Under the pieces are notes generated by a model. The model was not told where the DNA came from and made no database searches. It was given only the letters and a program-made list of their open reading frames with translations. The position numbers were made by a program, and so were the translations under genes. From Candidatus Aminicenantales bacterium (lineage in GTDB: Bacteria > Acidobacteriota > Aminicenantia > Aminicenantales > Saccharicenantaceae), in assembly GCA_049512315.1 (NCBI GenBank), contig JBEKXF010000001.1, positions 137,340-201,339 of the forward strand: 64,000 bases of DNA, read 5' to 3'. Below, one piece after another: positions 40,537 through 49,788 of the stretch (positions are counted from its first letter, which is position 1; the number at the start of each line of letters is the position of its first letter).

Positions 40537-42315
40537 ATGACGGACGTGACGTATTCCCTCGAGATCCTCCCTGACGGGACCAAGGTCCGGGTCCGGGCCG
40601 GGGAGCTCCTGGCCGACGCCCTGACGAGGGTCGGCATCCCTCTCAGCCTCTATTGCCACAAGCGGGGCGTCTGCGGGAAATGCGCCGTCCGGATCCGGGC
40701 GGGGCTCCTTCCCCTTCTCGAGGCCCCGGAGAAGGCCGTCCTCGAAAAACGAGGCCTCAGCCCCGACCACCGGCTCGCCTGCCGGTTCGCCGTCCGGGGC
40801 GATATGGCCGTGGAAATCCTCCCGGAATCGCGCCTGGGCAAGGTGGCCGTCCTCGAGACCGGCCTTTCCGCCCCCGTCACCCTCGACCCCCAAATCAAGA
40901 AGCTCGCCGTGACCCTGGGAAAGCCGCCTCTATCCGCCCCGGCGGCCGTGACGGAGAGCCTGGAATCCCTCCTCCGGACGCCCGGCCTGGGCTTCCCTCT
41001 TCCAGCCCTGAGGGGCCTCAAGGGTCTGGACTCTGGGTCCCCCCGGACGGTCACGGCCGTCCTCTACGGCGAGCGGGAGGTTGTTGATGTCGAGCCCGGC
41101 GATACCTCCGGGCGGGCCTTCGGCCTGGCGGTCGACATCGGCACGAGCACGGTCGTCGTCGAGCTCGTCGACCTGGTCACGGGAAAATGCGCCGGCCGGG
41201 CTTCGGCCCTCAACAGCCAGGCCTCCTACGGCGCCGACGTCGTCTCGAGGATCGCCTATGCTTTCCAGGAACCGGACAATCTCAAGCGCCTGAAGAAGTC
41301 CATTGCCCATCTCCTGAACACCCTGGCCGGCGAATTGTTGGAAAAAAGCGCCGTCCCGAGGGAGCGCGTCTACGAGGCTGTCGTCGCCGGAAACACGGCC
41401 ATGAACCACTTCCTTTGCGGCGTGAGCGTGGATCCGCTGGCCTTGTCCCCCTTCCACGCGGTCTTCGCGGCCCTTCCACCCTTCCCCGCCGCCGAGATCG
41501 GCCTCGAGCTCAACCCGGCGGCCCGGGTTTACATCGTCCCCAACATCAAGAGTTTCGTCGGCGGGGACATCACGGCCGGGCTGGCCGCCTGTGCCCTGGC
41601 CGAGAAGCCGGGCCACGCGCTCTTCATCGACATCGGGACCAACGGCGAGATCGTCCTCAAGAAAGGCCAGCAGTTCATGGCCACCTCAACGGCCGCCGGG
41701 CCGGCCTTCGAGGGGATGAGCATCAGCTGCGGCATGCTGGCCGTCGAGGGCGCCGTCCACCGGGCCGAATGGCGGGACGGCTTCCGTCTCCAGACGATGG
41801 GCGGAGGGACGCCACGCGGCCTCTGCGGTACGGGGCTTATCGACGTCCTGGCTGTTGGCCTGGCCCGCGGCCTCATCGGCCGCGACGGCAAGATCGCGGG
41901 CCCGGAGAAAAAGCTCCGGCTGGGCGACAGGCTCAGCCTGACCCAGAACGATATCCGGGAGGTCCAACTGGCCGCGGCTGCGATCAAGACCGGCATCCGG
42001 CTGATGCTCCGGGAATTCCAGGTGCCGCTGAAGGACCTCGACGCCGTGTACATCGCCGGCGCCTTCGGCAACTCGCTCGATATCCGTAACGCCCAGGCCT
42101 TGGGCCTTCTGCCCGGGATCCCGGATCAAAAGATCGCCTTCGTCGGGAACTCGTCGTTGGCCGGGGCGCGCAAGCTCCTTCTCTCGGCCCCCGCGCGGGC
42201 GGCCGCCGAGTCCCTGGCGAAGAGCATCGTGCATGTCTCGCTGGCCACGAGGCCGGATTTCCAGGATGAATTCGTCCGCTGCCTGGAATTCGGGCCCCTG
42301 CCCGGAGGTGGATGA
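40537..42315 (+). CDS. RACo-type reductive activase of corrinoid proteins (N-terminal 2Fe-2S ferredoxin plus ASKHA ATPase domain)
   Basis: Plant-type ferredoxin cysteines (CHKRGVCGKCAV...LAC). ASKHA/actin-fold phosphate motifs (GLAVDIGTSTV, LFIDIGTNGEIV, GAFGN). Confidence 0.75.
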   Translation: MTDVTYSLEILPDGTKVRVRAGELLADALTRVGIPLSLYCHKRGVCGKCAVRIRAGLLPLLEAPEKAVLEKRGLSPDHRLACRFAVRGDMAVEILPESRLGKVAVLETGLSAPVTLDPQIKKLAVTLGKPPLSAPAAVTESLESLLRTPGLGFPLPALRGLKGLDSGSPRTVTAVLYGEREVVDVEPGDTSGRAFGLAVDIGTSTVVVELVDLVTGKCAGRASALNSQASYGADVVSRIAYAFQEPDNLKRLKKSIAHLLNTLAGELLEKSAVPRERVYEAVVAGNTAMNHFLCGVSVDPLALSPFHAVFAALPPFPAAEIGLELNPAARVYIVPNIKSFVGGDITAGLAACALAEKPGHALFIDIGTNGEIVLKKGQQFMATSTAAGPAFEGMSISCGMLAVEGAVHRAEWRDGFRLQTMGGGTPRGLCGTGLIDVLAVGLARGLIGRDGKIAGPEKKLRLGDRLSLTQNDIREVQLAAAAIKTGIRLMLREFQVPLKDLDAVYIAGAFGNSLDIRNAQALGLLPGIPDQKIAFVGNSSLAGARKLLLSAPARAAAESLAKSIVHVSLATRPDFQDEFVRCLEFGPLPGGG

Positions 42316-43205
42316 TGAGCCGTTCGATATTGGACTTGGTCCGTCAAAGGACCGTTCTCCTGGACGGGGCCATGGGCACGGAGCTCATGGCCCGCGGGCT
42401 GCCCCAAGGGACATGCCCCGAATCATGGAACGTCGAGAAGCCCGCGGTCGTCGAGGAGATCCACCGGAGATATTTCGAGGCCGGCTCCGATGTGGTCTCC
42501 ACGAACAGCTTTGGCGGCAGCCGGATCAAGCTTGCCGGCCACGGCTTGGAAGGCCGGACCGCCGAACTAAATCTTGCGGCGGCGCGTCTGGCAAGGGTCG
42601 TCACGCCCGCGGGCAGATATGTGGCCGGGAGCATGGGCCCGACCGGAAAATTCCTCAAGCCCCAAGGCGAATTCGCGGAAGGGGAATTCGAGGCCGTTTT
42701 CGCCGAACAGGCCCGGGCTCTCGCCGACGGCGGGGCGGACGTGCTTCTCATCGAAACCCAGTACGACCTCCGGGAAGCCCTCTGCGCCCTCCGCGGCGCC
42801 CGGCGGAGCTCTCCCCTGTCGGTCTTCGTCACCATGACCTTCAACGCCGTCCCGCGGGGGTATTTCACGCTCATGGGCGATACCGTCGCCCGGTGCATGC
42901 AGGAACTCGAAAAGGAAGGCGCCCGGGCCGTGGGAGCCAACTGCACTCTCAACAGCGAGCAGATGACGGGTCTCGTCAAAGCCATGCGCCAGGAGACACG
43001 CTTGCCTCTGATCGCCCAGGCCAACGCGGGCCAGCCCGTCCTCGGGAGCGACGGCCGCGTGTCCTATTCTCAGGGGCTCGAAGACTACGTCAGGTTCGTT
43101 CCAGACCTCATCCGGGCCGGGGCCAATATTGTCGGCGGCTGCTGCGGCACGAGCCCCGCCTACATCAGGGCCATGGCCGAATCGATCTCAAGGAGGACCG
43201 CATGA
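42312..43205 (+). CDS. Homocysteine-binding-domain S-methyltransferase (MetH Hcy-domain-like, zinc thiol methyltransferase)
   Basis: LLDGAMGTEL, ETNSFGG, LIETQYDL, and the zinc ligands NCTLN plus GGCCGTSPAYI match the MetH N-terminal homocysteine domain. No pterin-binding domain. Confidence 0.75.
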   Translation: MMSRSILDLVRQRTVLLDGAMGTELMARGLPQGTCPESWNVEKPAVVEEIHRRYFEAGSDVVSTNSFGGSRIKLAGHGLEGRTAELNLAAARLARVVTPAGRYVAGSMGPTGKFLKPQGEFAEGEFEAVFAEQARALADGGADVLLIETQYDLREALCALRGARRSSPLSVFVTMTFNAVPRGYFTLMGDTVARCMQELEKEGARAVGANCTLNSEQMTGLVKAMRQETRLPLIAQANAGQPVLGSDGRVSYSQGLEDYVRFVPDLIRAGANIVGGCCGTSPAYIRAMAESISRRTA

Positions 43206-43855
43206 AAAAGGAAGATCTCTATCTGCAGATGAAGAAGGCGATCGTCGAGGGCGACGGCGCCGGGGCCGGGCGGCTGGCCGGCGAGGCCGTCAAGGCGGGC
43301 CTGGACCTTCTCGAAGTCATTGAAAAAGGCTATGTTCCAGGGATCCAGAAGGTCGGCGAGCTGTGGGAGCAGGGAGAGTATTTCCTGCCCGAGCTCATCT
43401 CCAGCGCCGAGGCCATGAAGGCGGCCATGGCCGTCCTCAATCCCGAGCTCCAGCGCTCCCGTCTTCAGGCCAGGACGGCCGGAAAAGTGGTCATCGGGAC
43501 GATCGAGGGGGACATCCACGACATCGGCAAGAACCTCGTGTCCTCCATGCTCCAGGCCGGCGGCTTCGAGGTCTTCGACCTCGGCGCCGACGTCAAGCTC
43601 GAAAGGTTCATTGAAAAGGCCGAGTCCGTCGGCGCGGATTTCATCTGCCTGTCCGCCCTGCTGACGACGACGATGGTCAACCAGAAGCGGTTGGTCGCGC
43701 TCCTCAGGGAGAGAAACCTCAGGGACAGATACAAGGTCCTCGTGGGAGGGGCACCGGCTAGCCAAAGGTGGGCCGACGAGGCGGGTGCCGACGGCTATGC
43801 TGAGAACGCGGTGGCCGCCGTCAAGCTGGCGAAGAGCCTGGCCCCGAAGAGATGA
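43202..43855 (+). CDS. Cobalamin-binding corrinoid protein (B12-binding cap plus Rossmann domain)
   Basis: ATGA overlap with the upstream stop. DxHxxG motif (GDIHDIGKN) and SxL (SALLTTT) of B12-binding domains. 217 aa. Only the C-terminal part of the long ORF-track entry 42233..43855 is real. Confidence 0.8.
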   Translation: MKKEDLYLQMKKAIVEGDGAGAGRLAGEAVKAGLDLLEVIEKGYVPGIQKVGELWEQGEYFLPELISSAEAMKAAMAVLNPELQRSRLQARTAGKVVIGTIEGDIHDIGKNLVSSMLQAGGFEVFDLGADVKLERFIEKAESVGADFICLSALLTTTMVNQKRLVALLRERNLRDRYKVLVGGAPASQRWADEAGADGYAENAVAAVKLAKSLAPKR

Positions 43856-43868
43856 CGGGAGACAGACC

Positions 43869-45338
43869 ATGATCGAGACAAAAAGACCGAAGATCGAGCT
43901 GCTGAGCCCCGAGTTAGTCGAAAAAATCGTCGACGAGGGTCTTGTGCTCCTCGAGAAGCAAGGGGTCTTCGTCGAGAACCAGGAGGCTTTGAAGCTCCTG
44001 GCCGCGGCCGGCGCCCTTGTCGACACGGGCACTGAGAGGGCCCGGCTCGACAGAAAACTCGTCCTGGACTGCCTGTCGTCGACACCGGCCACGATCACGA
44101 TGTACGACCGGGGCGGCGAAAAGTCTTACCTCGTCGGAGGCGACGAGATCCATTTCGACCCGGGCTCGGCGGCCGTCTCCCTCCTCGACCACGAGACCCA
44201 GGAGGAGAGGAAGGCCGTGACGCGGGATCTCGTGGCGTTCTGCCGGCTCGTGGAGACGCTCGAGCACATCCATTTCCAGAGCACGGGACTGATCTCCTCG
44301 GATGTCCCGGCCGCGATCGCCGACTGTTACCGGCTGTACCTGGGACTTCTCCTCTCGTCCAAGCCCATCGTCACGGGGACGTTCCGGGTCGAGAGCTTCA
44401 AGCCCATGAAGGATCTTCTCGTGGGCGTCCGGGGCGGCGAGGCCGAGCTCGCCCGCAAGCCCCTGGCGATCTTCGACGCCTGCCCCTCCCCTCCCCTCAA
44501 ATGGAGCAACCTGACGACCCAGAGTCTGATCGACTCGGCCCGGGCCGGCATCCCCTCGGAGCTCATCTCGATGGGCATGACGGGCGCGACGTCCCTCGCC
44601 ACCATCTCGGGGACCCTGGTCCAGCACGTGGCCGAGAACCTCTGCGGCCTCGTCATCTGCCAGCTGGCCCGGCGTGGCGCCCCGGTCATCTTCGGGGGAT
44701 CGCCCTCGAGCTTCGACATGAGGAAGGGGACGACGCCGATGGGGGCCATCGAGACCATGATGATCGACTCGGCCTATGCCCAGATCGGGAAAAACCTGAG
44801 GCTCCCGACCCATGCGTATATGGCCCTGAGCGACTCCAAGGTCAACGACGCCCAGAGCGGGATCGAGACGGCCCTGGGAGCGGCCCTAGCGGCACTCTCC
44901 GGGATCAACGTCATCTCGGGCCCGGGCATGCTGGACTTCGAGAGCTGCCAGAGCCTCGAGAAGCTGGCCATCGACAACGAGATCTGCGGTATGGTCTACC
45001 GGCTGGTCGCTGGCATCGCCCAGCGGGAAGACCCGATCGCCCTCGACAAATTCGAGGGCTTCAAGGCCGATTTCCAGTTCCTGTCCCATCCCCACACGCG
45101 CCAGTGGTACAGAAAAGAACACACGATGCCGGCACTCATGGACAGGGACCCTTACGAGGCTTGGGTCATGGCCGGCCGCAAGACCGTCCTTGACAAGGCC
45201 CACAAGGACGTGACGGACAGGATCAGGAAATATACCCTCCCTCCGCTTCCCGATGGTTTACGGAAAGAGCTGGAAAGGATCATGACCGGCTACGCCCGGT
45301 CCCAGGGACTTGGAACCCTGCCGAAGACGGGCCTCTAA
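43869..45338 (+). CDS. MttB-superfamily (non-pyrrolysine) substrate:corrinoid methyltransferase (MtgB/MtpB/MtcB-like)
   Basis: GGGAG RBS. 489 aa TIM-barrel MttB-family protein with no in-frame amber codon. Start at MIETKRPKIELLS. Confidence 0.75.
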   Translation: MIETKRPKIELLSPELVEKIVDEGLVLLEKQGVFVENQEALKLLAAAGALVDTGTERARLDRKLVLDCLSSTPATITMYDRGGEKSYLVGGDEIHFDPGSAAVSLLDHETQEERKAVTRDLVAFCRLVETLEHIHFQSTGLISSDVPAAIADCYRLYLGLLLSSKPIVTGTFRVESFKPMKDLLVGVRGGEAELARKPLAIFDACPSPPLKWSNLTTQSLIDSARAGIPSELISMGMTGATSLATISGTLVQHVAENLCGLVICQLARRGAPVIFGGSPSSFDMRKGTTPMGAIETMMIDSAYAQIGKNLRLPTHAYMALSDSKVNDAQSGIETALGAALAALSGINVISGPGMLDFESCQSLEKLAIDNEICGMVYRLVAGIAQREDPIALDKFEGFKADFQFLSHPHTRQWYRKEHTMPALMDRDPYEAWVMAGRKTVLDKAHKDVTDRIRKYTLPPLPDGLRKELERIMTGYARSQGLGTLPKTGL

Positions 45339-46735
45339 TCGAGGACGAGGGAACCGAGGTACTCCGGGGCCTCCGCCGTCCAGCCCCGCTCCCGGCGGAT
45401 CCTTTCGGCGAAGCGGAGAGCGACCTGCGCGTCTCCATGGTTGACGAACAGCCGGCGGGGCGGCGCTTGGAAGGCGTCAAGCCAGCGGCCCAGGGCTTTC
45501 CTATCGGCGTGGGCCGAGAACCCGTTGATCTTGACTACCCGGGCCCGGACGGGGTAAACCTGTCCTAAGATCCGGACTTGGGCTTGTTTCTCGAGGATCT
45601 GGCGGCCGAGCGTTTCCCGCGCCTGGTATCCCACGAAGAGGATGGTCGATTCAGGCCGGCTGATGTTATAGCGGAGATGGTGCTTGATCCGGCCGCCCGT
45701 GCACATCCCAGACCCAGCCATGATGATGACCGGACCCCGGACGGAGTTGATGGCCTTGGACTCCTCGATGGTCCGGACGATGACGAGCCCGGGGAAATCG
45801 AAAGGGCTCGTTCCGGCTTCAAAGAGCGCCCGGGCGTCCTCGTCGAGGTCGGTTGGATGGCGGCGGAACACCTCGGTGACTTCACGGGCCATGGGGCTGT
45901 CCAGGTAAATTGGAAGCGCGGGGATGGCCTTGGCCCGGACGAGACGGCTGAGATAGAACATGAGCTCCTGGGCCCGTTCGATGGCGAAGGTGGGGATGAC
46001 GATGTTCCCGCCGGCCTGGGCGGCCTCCACGATCGTCTCGCGGAGGATCTCGTCCACGGCCTTGGGGTCCTCGTGGTCGTGGTCCGCATAAGTGGATTCC
46101 ATCACCACGTAATCGGCCCGGTCAAAGACGGAGGGGTCGCGGACGAACGGCTTGTCCCACTGGCCTATATCACCCGAGAAAACGATGCTCTTCGATCCGC
46201 CGTCCTGCCGGCCGGTCAATTCGATCATGGCCGAGCCAAGGATGTGGCCCGCGTCCCTGAACCGGGCGGTGAGGCCATCGGAGAGGGGGAGGTCGGTTTC
46301 GTAGGGGATCTCCTCGACGAGGGGCATGGCCCGCTGGACGTCCTCGATGGTATAGAGCGGCACCTCAGGGTGGGACCCGGGCCGCCCTTCCTTCTTGTGA
46401 CGCTTCTGCTTAAAGGCTGCGTCTTCTTCCTGGATCCGGGCCGAATCCAGGAGGGCGATGGACAGGAGATCGGCGGTGGCTTCCGTGGTCAGGATCGTCC
46501 CCGAAAAACCCTCGCGGACGATCTTCGGGATGAGGCCCGAATGGTCCAGATGGGCATGGGTCAGAAGCAGCAGGTCGAGCTCTTCCGGAGGAACGGGAAA
46601 CGGATCCCAATTCCTTTTGAGAAACGGCCGTTCCTGGTAGAGTCCGCAGTCGATGAGCACCTTCATCCCGCCGGCTTCGAGGAAGGAGCAGGACCCCGTC
46701 ACCTGGCCCGCCGCACCCAAGAAGGTGATCTTCAT
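45335..46735 (-). CDS. MBL-fold beta-CASP ribonuclease (RNase J / CPSF-like)
   Basis: HAHLDHSG motif 2 plus beta-CASP motifs A, B and C (D, H, H). Start at MKITFLGAAGQVTGSC. The long N-terminal extension in the ORF track is rejected. Confidence 0.75.
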   Translation of the reverse strand: MKITFLGAAGQVTGSCSFLEAGGMKVLIDCGLYQERPFLKRNWDPFPVPPEELDLLLLTHAHLDHSGLIPKIVREGFSGTILTTEATADLLSIALLDSARIQEEDAAFKQKRHKKEGRPGSHPEVPLYTIEDVQRAMPLVEEIPYETDLPLSDGLTARFRDAGHILGSAMIELTGRQDGGSKSIVFSGDIGQWDKPFVRDPSVFDRADYVVMESTYADHDHEDPKAVDEILRETIVEAAQAGGNIVIPTFAIERAQELMFYLSRLVRAKAIPALPIYLDSPMAREVTEVFRRHPTDLDEDARALFEAGTSPFDFPGLVIVRTIEESKAINSVRGPVIIMAGSGMCTGGRIKHHLRYNISRPESTILFVGYQARETLGRQILEKQAQVRILGQVYPVRARVVKINGFSAHADRKALGRWLDAFQAPPRRLFVNHGDAQVALRFAERIRRERGWTAEAPEYLGSLVLD

Positions 46736-46740
46736 GGCCG

Positions 46741-47607
46741 TCAATAATGGCTCATCCGATAAAATTCGGCCTGGGCGGCGAAATAGGTCATTTTCGTCCA
46801 CAGACGGAAGACGATAAAGGCCTGTTCCCAGAGGAGGCCGAGCCCGAGCCAGAAAAGGCCCGAGTCCGGAAGATGCCCCCGGACAAGGAAGAAAACGGCC
46901 GTCCCGGCTAGGAAGCCTATCCCGATAAGGAGGTAAAGGGACCAGGCCCGGAAAAAGCGCTTCCCGATGAACGCGAAGGCCCCCTTCAACGCCTGGAGGG
47001 CTCTCTTCTCGTCCCCGGCCACCACGATGATCCTCGCGTAATCGAAAACCATGTGGACGAGGCTGAGAAGGAGGAGGGCGACCACGGTCCTGAAGTCGGA
47101 GATCCAGAAAAGCGTCCATTCCGTCCGGGCGTTTTCCAGGACGGGCTTGAAGAGGGCCGAAAGGGCTCCCAGGATGACCCCGAAGGTCAGGGCATAGAAA
47201 AGGAGAGAGATCAGGAAAAGCCTGGCGAACCGCCAGAAGTACCGTCCGCAGTCCGCGAAAAATGCCTGGGGAGTCGTCCGCCCTTCCCTGTCGAGAAGGC
47301 GGCCGATGATCCCCCCGTTGAGGAAGACATAGAGGACCGGGTAGAGGAGCAGGGGAACCAGGATCAGGCCCAGGGCAGCCGGGGCCATGTCCTGGTACTT
47401 GTAGATGAAGTCTCCCAGCCAGATGAAGTCCAGGGGCTGGAGGTTACGCCCGAGCAGGGAATGGCCGAGGTCCGCCTTGAAGAGCGCATAGAGCGGCGCC
47501 GCGATGAGGAGGGCGTAGACCATGTTGATGACCCACAGGTCGATGAGGAGCCTGGGGCGGCGGGTCGCCGTTCCGACCCCGTTTCCGAGCGCTTTGAAGA
47601 CAGCCAT
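46741..47607 (-). CDS. Polytopic membrane protein, function unknown
   Basis: Six to seven TM helices. GGAGGAG RBS before MAVFKALG. Stop lies 6 nt before the RNase start. Confidence 0.55.
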   Translation of the reverse strand: MAVFKALGNGVGTATRRPRLLIDLWVINMVYALLIAAPLYALFKADLGHSLLGRNLQPLDFIWLGDFIYKYQDMAPAALGLILVPLLLYPVLYVFLNGGIIGRLLDREGRTTPQAFFADCGRYFWRFARLFLISLLFYALTFGVILGALSALFKPVLENARTEWTLFWISDFRTVVALLLLSLVHMVFDYARIIVVAGDEKRALQALKGAFAFIGKRFFRAWSLYLLIGIGFLAGTAVFFLVRGHLPDSGLFWLGLGLLWEQAFIVFRLWTKMTYFAAQAEFYRMSHY

Positions 47608-47624
47608 GACGATCTCCTCCTTCC

Positions 47625-49769
47625 TCAGCTGAACGAGCTCGCCAGCTGCAGGATGTTCTGGACCGCCCAGAGGAGCCGCGAGAGGAGCTTGATGAGGCCC
47701 CGCCGGGCGGGTTGGACGAGGAACGAGTTGTTGGCGAAATTCGAGTCGATGAGCCAGACGCCGTCGGGGTCGACCTTGGCCCACACCGCTTTGGAAGGCT
47801 TCACGAAGACGAGCCGGGCCCAGCGGTCCTGGCCGTCCCAGAAGGCGGTTTCCCGGGTCCCGTCCTCGAAGGCCACGACGAGATTGACCCGGGCATCTCC
47901 CCTCACCCGGGCCTCGCCGTAGCGCCGGAGGGTCACGGTCGTCAGGAATTCTTTTTTCTCCGCCGCCTCCTCGCCCCGGGGTTTGTGTTTCGCCTTGGAG
48001 TTGAGCTCGCGGACCCTCGCCGACGTCATCTCCTCCTTTTTCCCGCCGACGTCAAAGACGCCCCTCGGGTTCTTCGGCGTTTCCCGGGAAACGACCGAGG
48101 CGATCCCGTAGTCGAAGTTCAGCGTGTTCCGCATCAGCTCGTCGAAGAACCAGGTCATATCCCGACCGGATACCTGGTTGACGACCTGGACGAAATCTTC
48201 GGTCCTCGGGTGCTTGAACCGGTAGCGTCCCTGGAAGGTCCGCATGACCCGGGCCATCGTGGGCTCACCGAGGAGCCGTTCGAGCGTGTTGAGGCAGGTC
48301 GATGCCCGCATGTACACGTTCGCCCCGTAGCTCCCCCTGTTATAGAAGCGCCAGGAGAAAGTGGGGACGGGGTCGTACCGGACGGTGTTGATGGCGACTG
48401 CCCGGTCGGTGTCCTCATCGAGAACCTTCGGCATCCTGAAGACCGAGGCCAGGGGGATTCCCAGGACGTCGAGGGAGAACGCTCCCGGCCCGTAGGCGTG
48501 GGCGAGGACGCGACCGGTCGAATAGGTGTTGATGCCCTCGTCGAGCCAGGCCTCCTCGAACTCGTTGTTGGCGACGAGCCCGTACCAGTAGCCGTGACCG
48601 AACTCGTGGACGATGACGCCCTCGGGCGAGAGCACGTCCGCGCTGGCCATCACTCGGGTGCCCGCGGTGAAGAGCGTGGGGTATTCCATGCCCCCGCTCG
48701 CGGTCCGAAAGGGAGGGTCGACCATGGTGACGGTTTCGTACGGATATGGGCCGTACCAGAGTCCGTAATACTTGATGGCCGCGACGAGGGCCTTGAAGTG
48801 GCGGTCGATCTGACCCTTGTGCTCGGGGGCGATGAGCAGGGTCATCTTGACGTCGGGGAGCCTCACCTCTTCGACCGGGAGGCCGAGGAGGGCGGCCGTC
48901 TCCTCGTATTCACGGGGGCTCACTTCCTTCGAGGCGATGAAGACCCGCTCGACCTTGAGATAGCGCGGGTCGGCCGTCCAGGCAAAATCGTGGATCATCG
49001 TCTGGCGGAACGTGTGGGTGACCCGGCCCGGCGCGGACCCGGTTTCGAGGCCCGTCTCCCGGCCCGACGCCCCGACGACAAACTTCTCAGGGACGGTGAT
49101 GTGGACGACAAAGTCGGCGAAATCGGAGAAGAATTCGGAGCTCTGATGGTACTCATGGCAGTTCCAGCCCTTCCCCTCCTCGTAGACGCCGGGCTTGGGG
49201 AACCACTGGCCGATGAAATAGGAGGTTTGATAATAGCCCGAGCGGGCCACGGTCCGCGGGATCTTGCTCCGGAATTCCAGGCGGAGCCGGACGTTGTCCC
49301 CGGGCTTGACGGGCTCGGCGAAGCGGACCCGGATGACGGTCTCATCTCCCCCGTGAACCGGCTCGTCCCGCCTGACGAACTCCTTGGTCGGGCCGAGGTC
49401 CCGGCCGTCGGCCAGACGGATGTCCGTGACGTCGACCCAGCCCCAATCGCCGCCCTCGGGCTCGGTCCCGCGGGCGGCGAAGGTCTCCTCGGCCGCCTCG
49501 CGGAGGAACGTGCTCGTCGAATTCTTGAAGGCGTTCCAGTACAGGTGAAAGAGCATGTCGGGCACGGTGTCCCGGGTGCGATTGGTCCAGACGATGTCCT
49601 CCTTGCCCCGGAGCGTTTTCGCCGCGTCGTCGAGCTCGACCCAGATCTCGTAGCGAAGCACGGGCGCCTTCGGGACGGGATCCGCGGGCGCCTGGGCCGC
49701 CGCCGCGGCGGGACGGGGAAAAAGGCCCCAGGCCGCGCACAGGAATAGGATTCCGAGACGGTTCCTCAT
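47625..49769 (-). CDS. Secreted M1-family zinc aminopeptidase (HEXXH-E)
   Basis: Signal peptide MRNRLGILFLCAAWGLF, then HEFGHGYWYGLV...NEFEEAWLDEG. GGAGG RBS. Confidence 0.75.
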   Translation of the reverse strand: MRNRLGILFLCAAWGLFPRPAAAAAQAPADPVPKAPVLRYEIWVELDDAAKTLRGKEDIVWTNRTRDTVPDMLFHLYWNAFKNSTSTFLREAAEETFAARGTEPEGGDWGWVDVTDIRLADGRDLGPTKEFVRRDEPVHGGDETVIRVRFAEPVKPGDNVRLRLEFRSKIPRTVARSGYYQTSYFIGQWFPKPGVYEEGKGWNCHEYHQSSEFFSDFADFVVHITVPEKFVVGASGRETGLETGSAPGRVTHTFRQTMIHDFAWTADPRYLKVERVFIASKEVSPREYEETAALLGLPVEEVRLPDVKMTLLIAPEHKGQIDRHFKALVAAIKYYGLWYGPYPYETVTMVDPPFRTASGGMEYPTLFTAGTRVMASADVLSPEGVIVHEFGHGYWYGLVANNEFEEAWLDEGINTYSTGRVLAHAYGPGAFSLDVLGIPLASVFRMPKVLDEDTDRAVAINTVRYDPVPTFSWRFYNRGSYGANVYMRASTCLNTLERLLGEPTMARVMRTFQGRYRFKHPRTEDFVQVVNQVSGRDMTWFFDELMRNTLNFDYGIASVVSRETPKNPRGVFDVGGKKEEMTSARVRELNSKAKHKPRGEEAAEKKEFLTTVTLRRYGEARVRGDARVNLVVAFEDGTRETAFWDGQDRWARLVFVKPSKAVWAKVDPDGVWLIDSNFANNSFLVQPARRGLIKLLSRLLWAVQNILQLASSFS

Positions 49770-49788
49770 GAGACACCTCCGACAGGGA

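Noticed and set aside
42233-43855. 540-aa ORF-track entry spanning the Hcy-methyltransferase and corrinoid protein
   Set aside because: Only the last 217 codons (43202-43855) encode the B12-binding protein. The upstream part is an alternative frame of the homocysteine-domain gene with Arg/Pro/Gly-rich nonsense translation.
45335-47119. 594-aa version of the beta-CASP nuclease with 128-aa Pro/Arg/Gly-rich N-terminus
   Set aside because: The extension overlaps the neighbouring membrane-protein gene and lacks composition typical of coding sequence. The conserved MBL N-terminus begins at MKITFLGAAG.
47712-49748. 678-aa plus-strand ORF opposite the M1 peptidase
   Set aside because: Shadow ORF. 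The minus-strand product has the HEXXH-E motif and a signal peptide.
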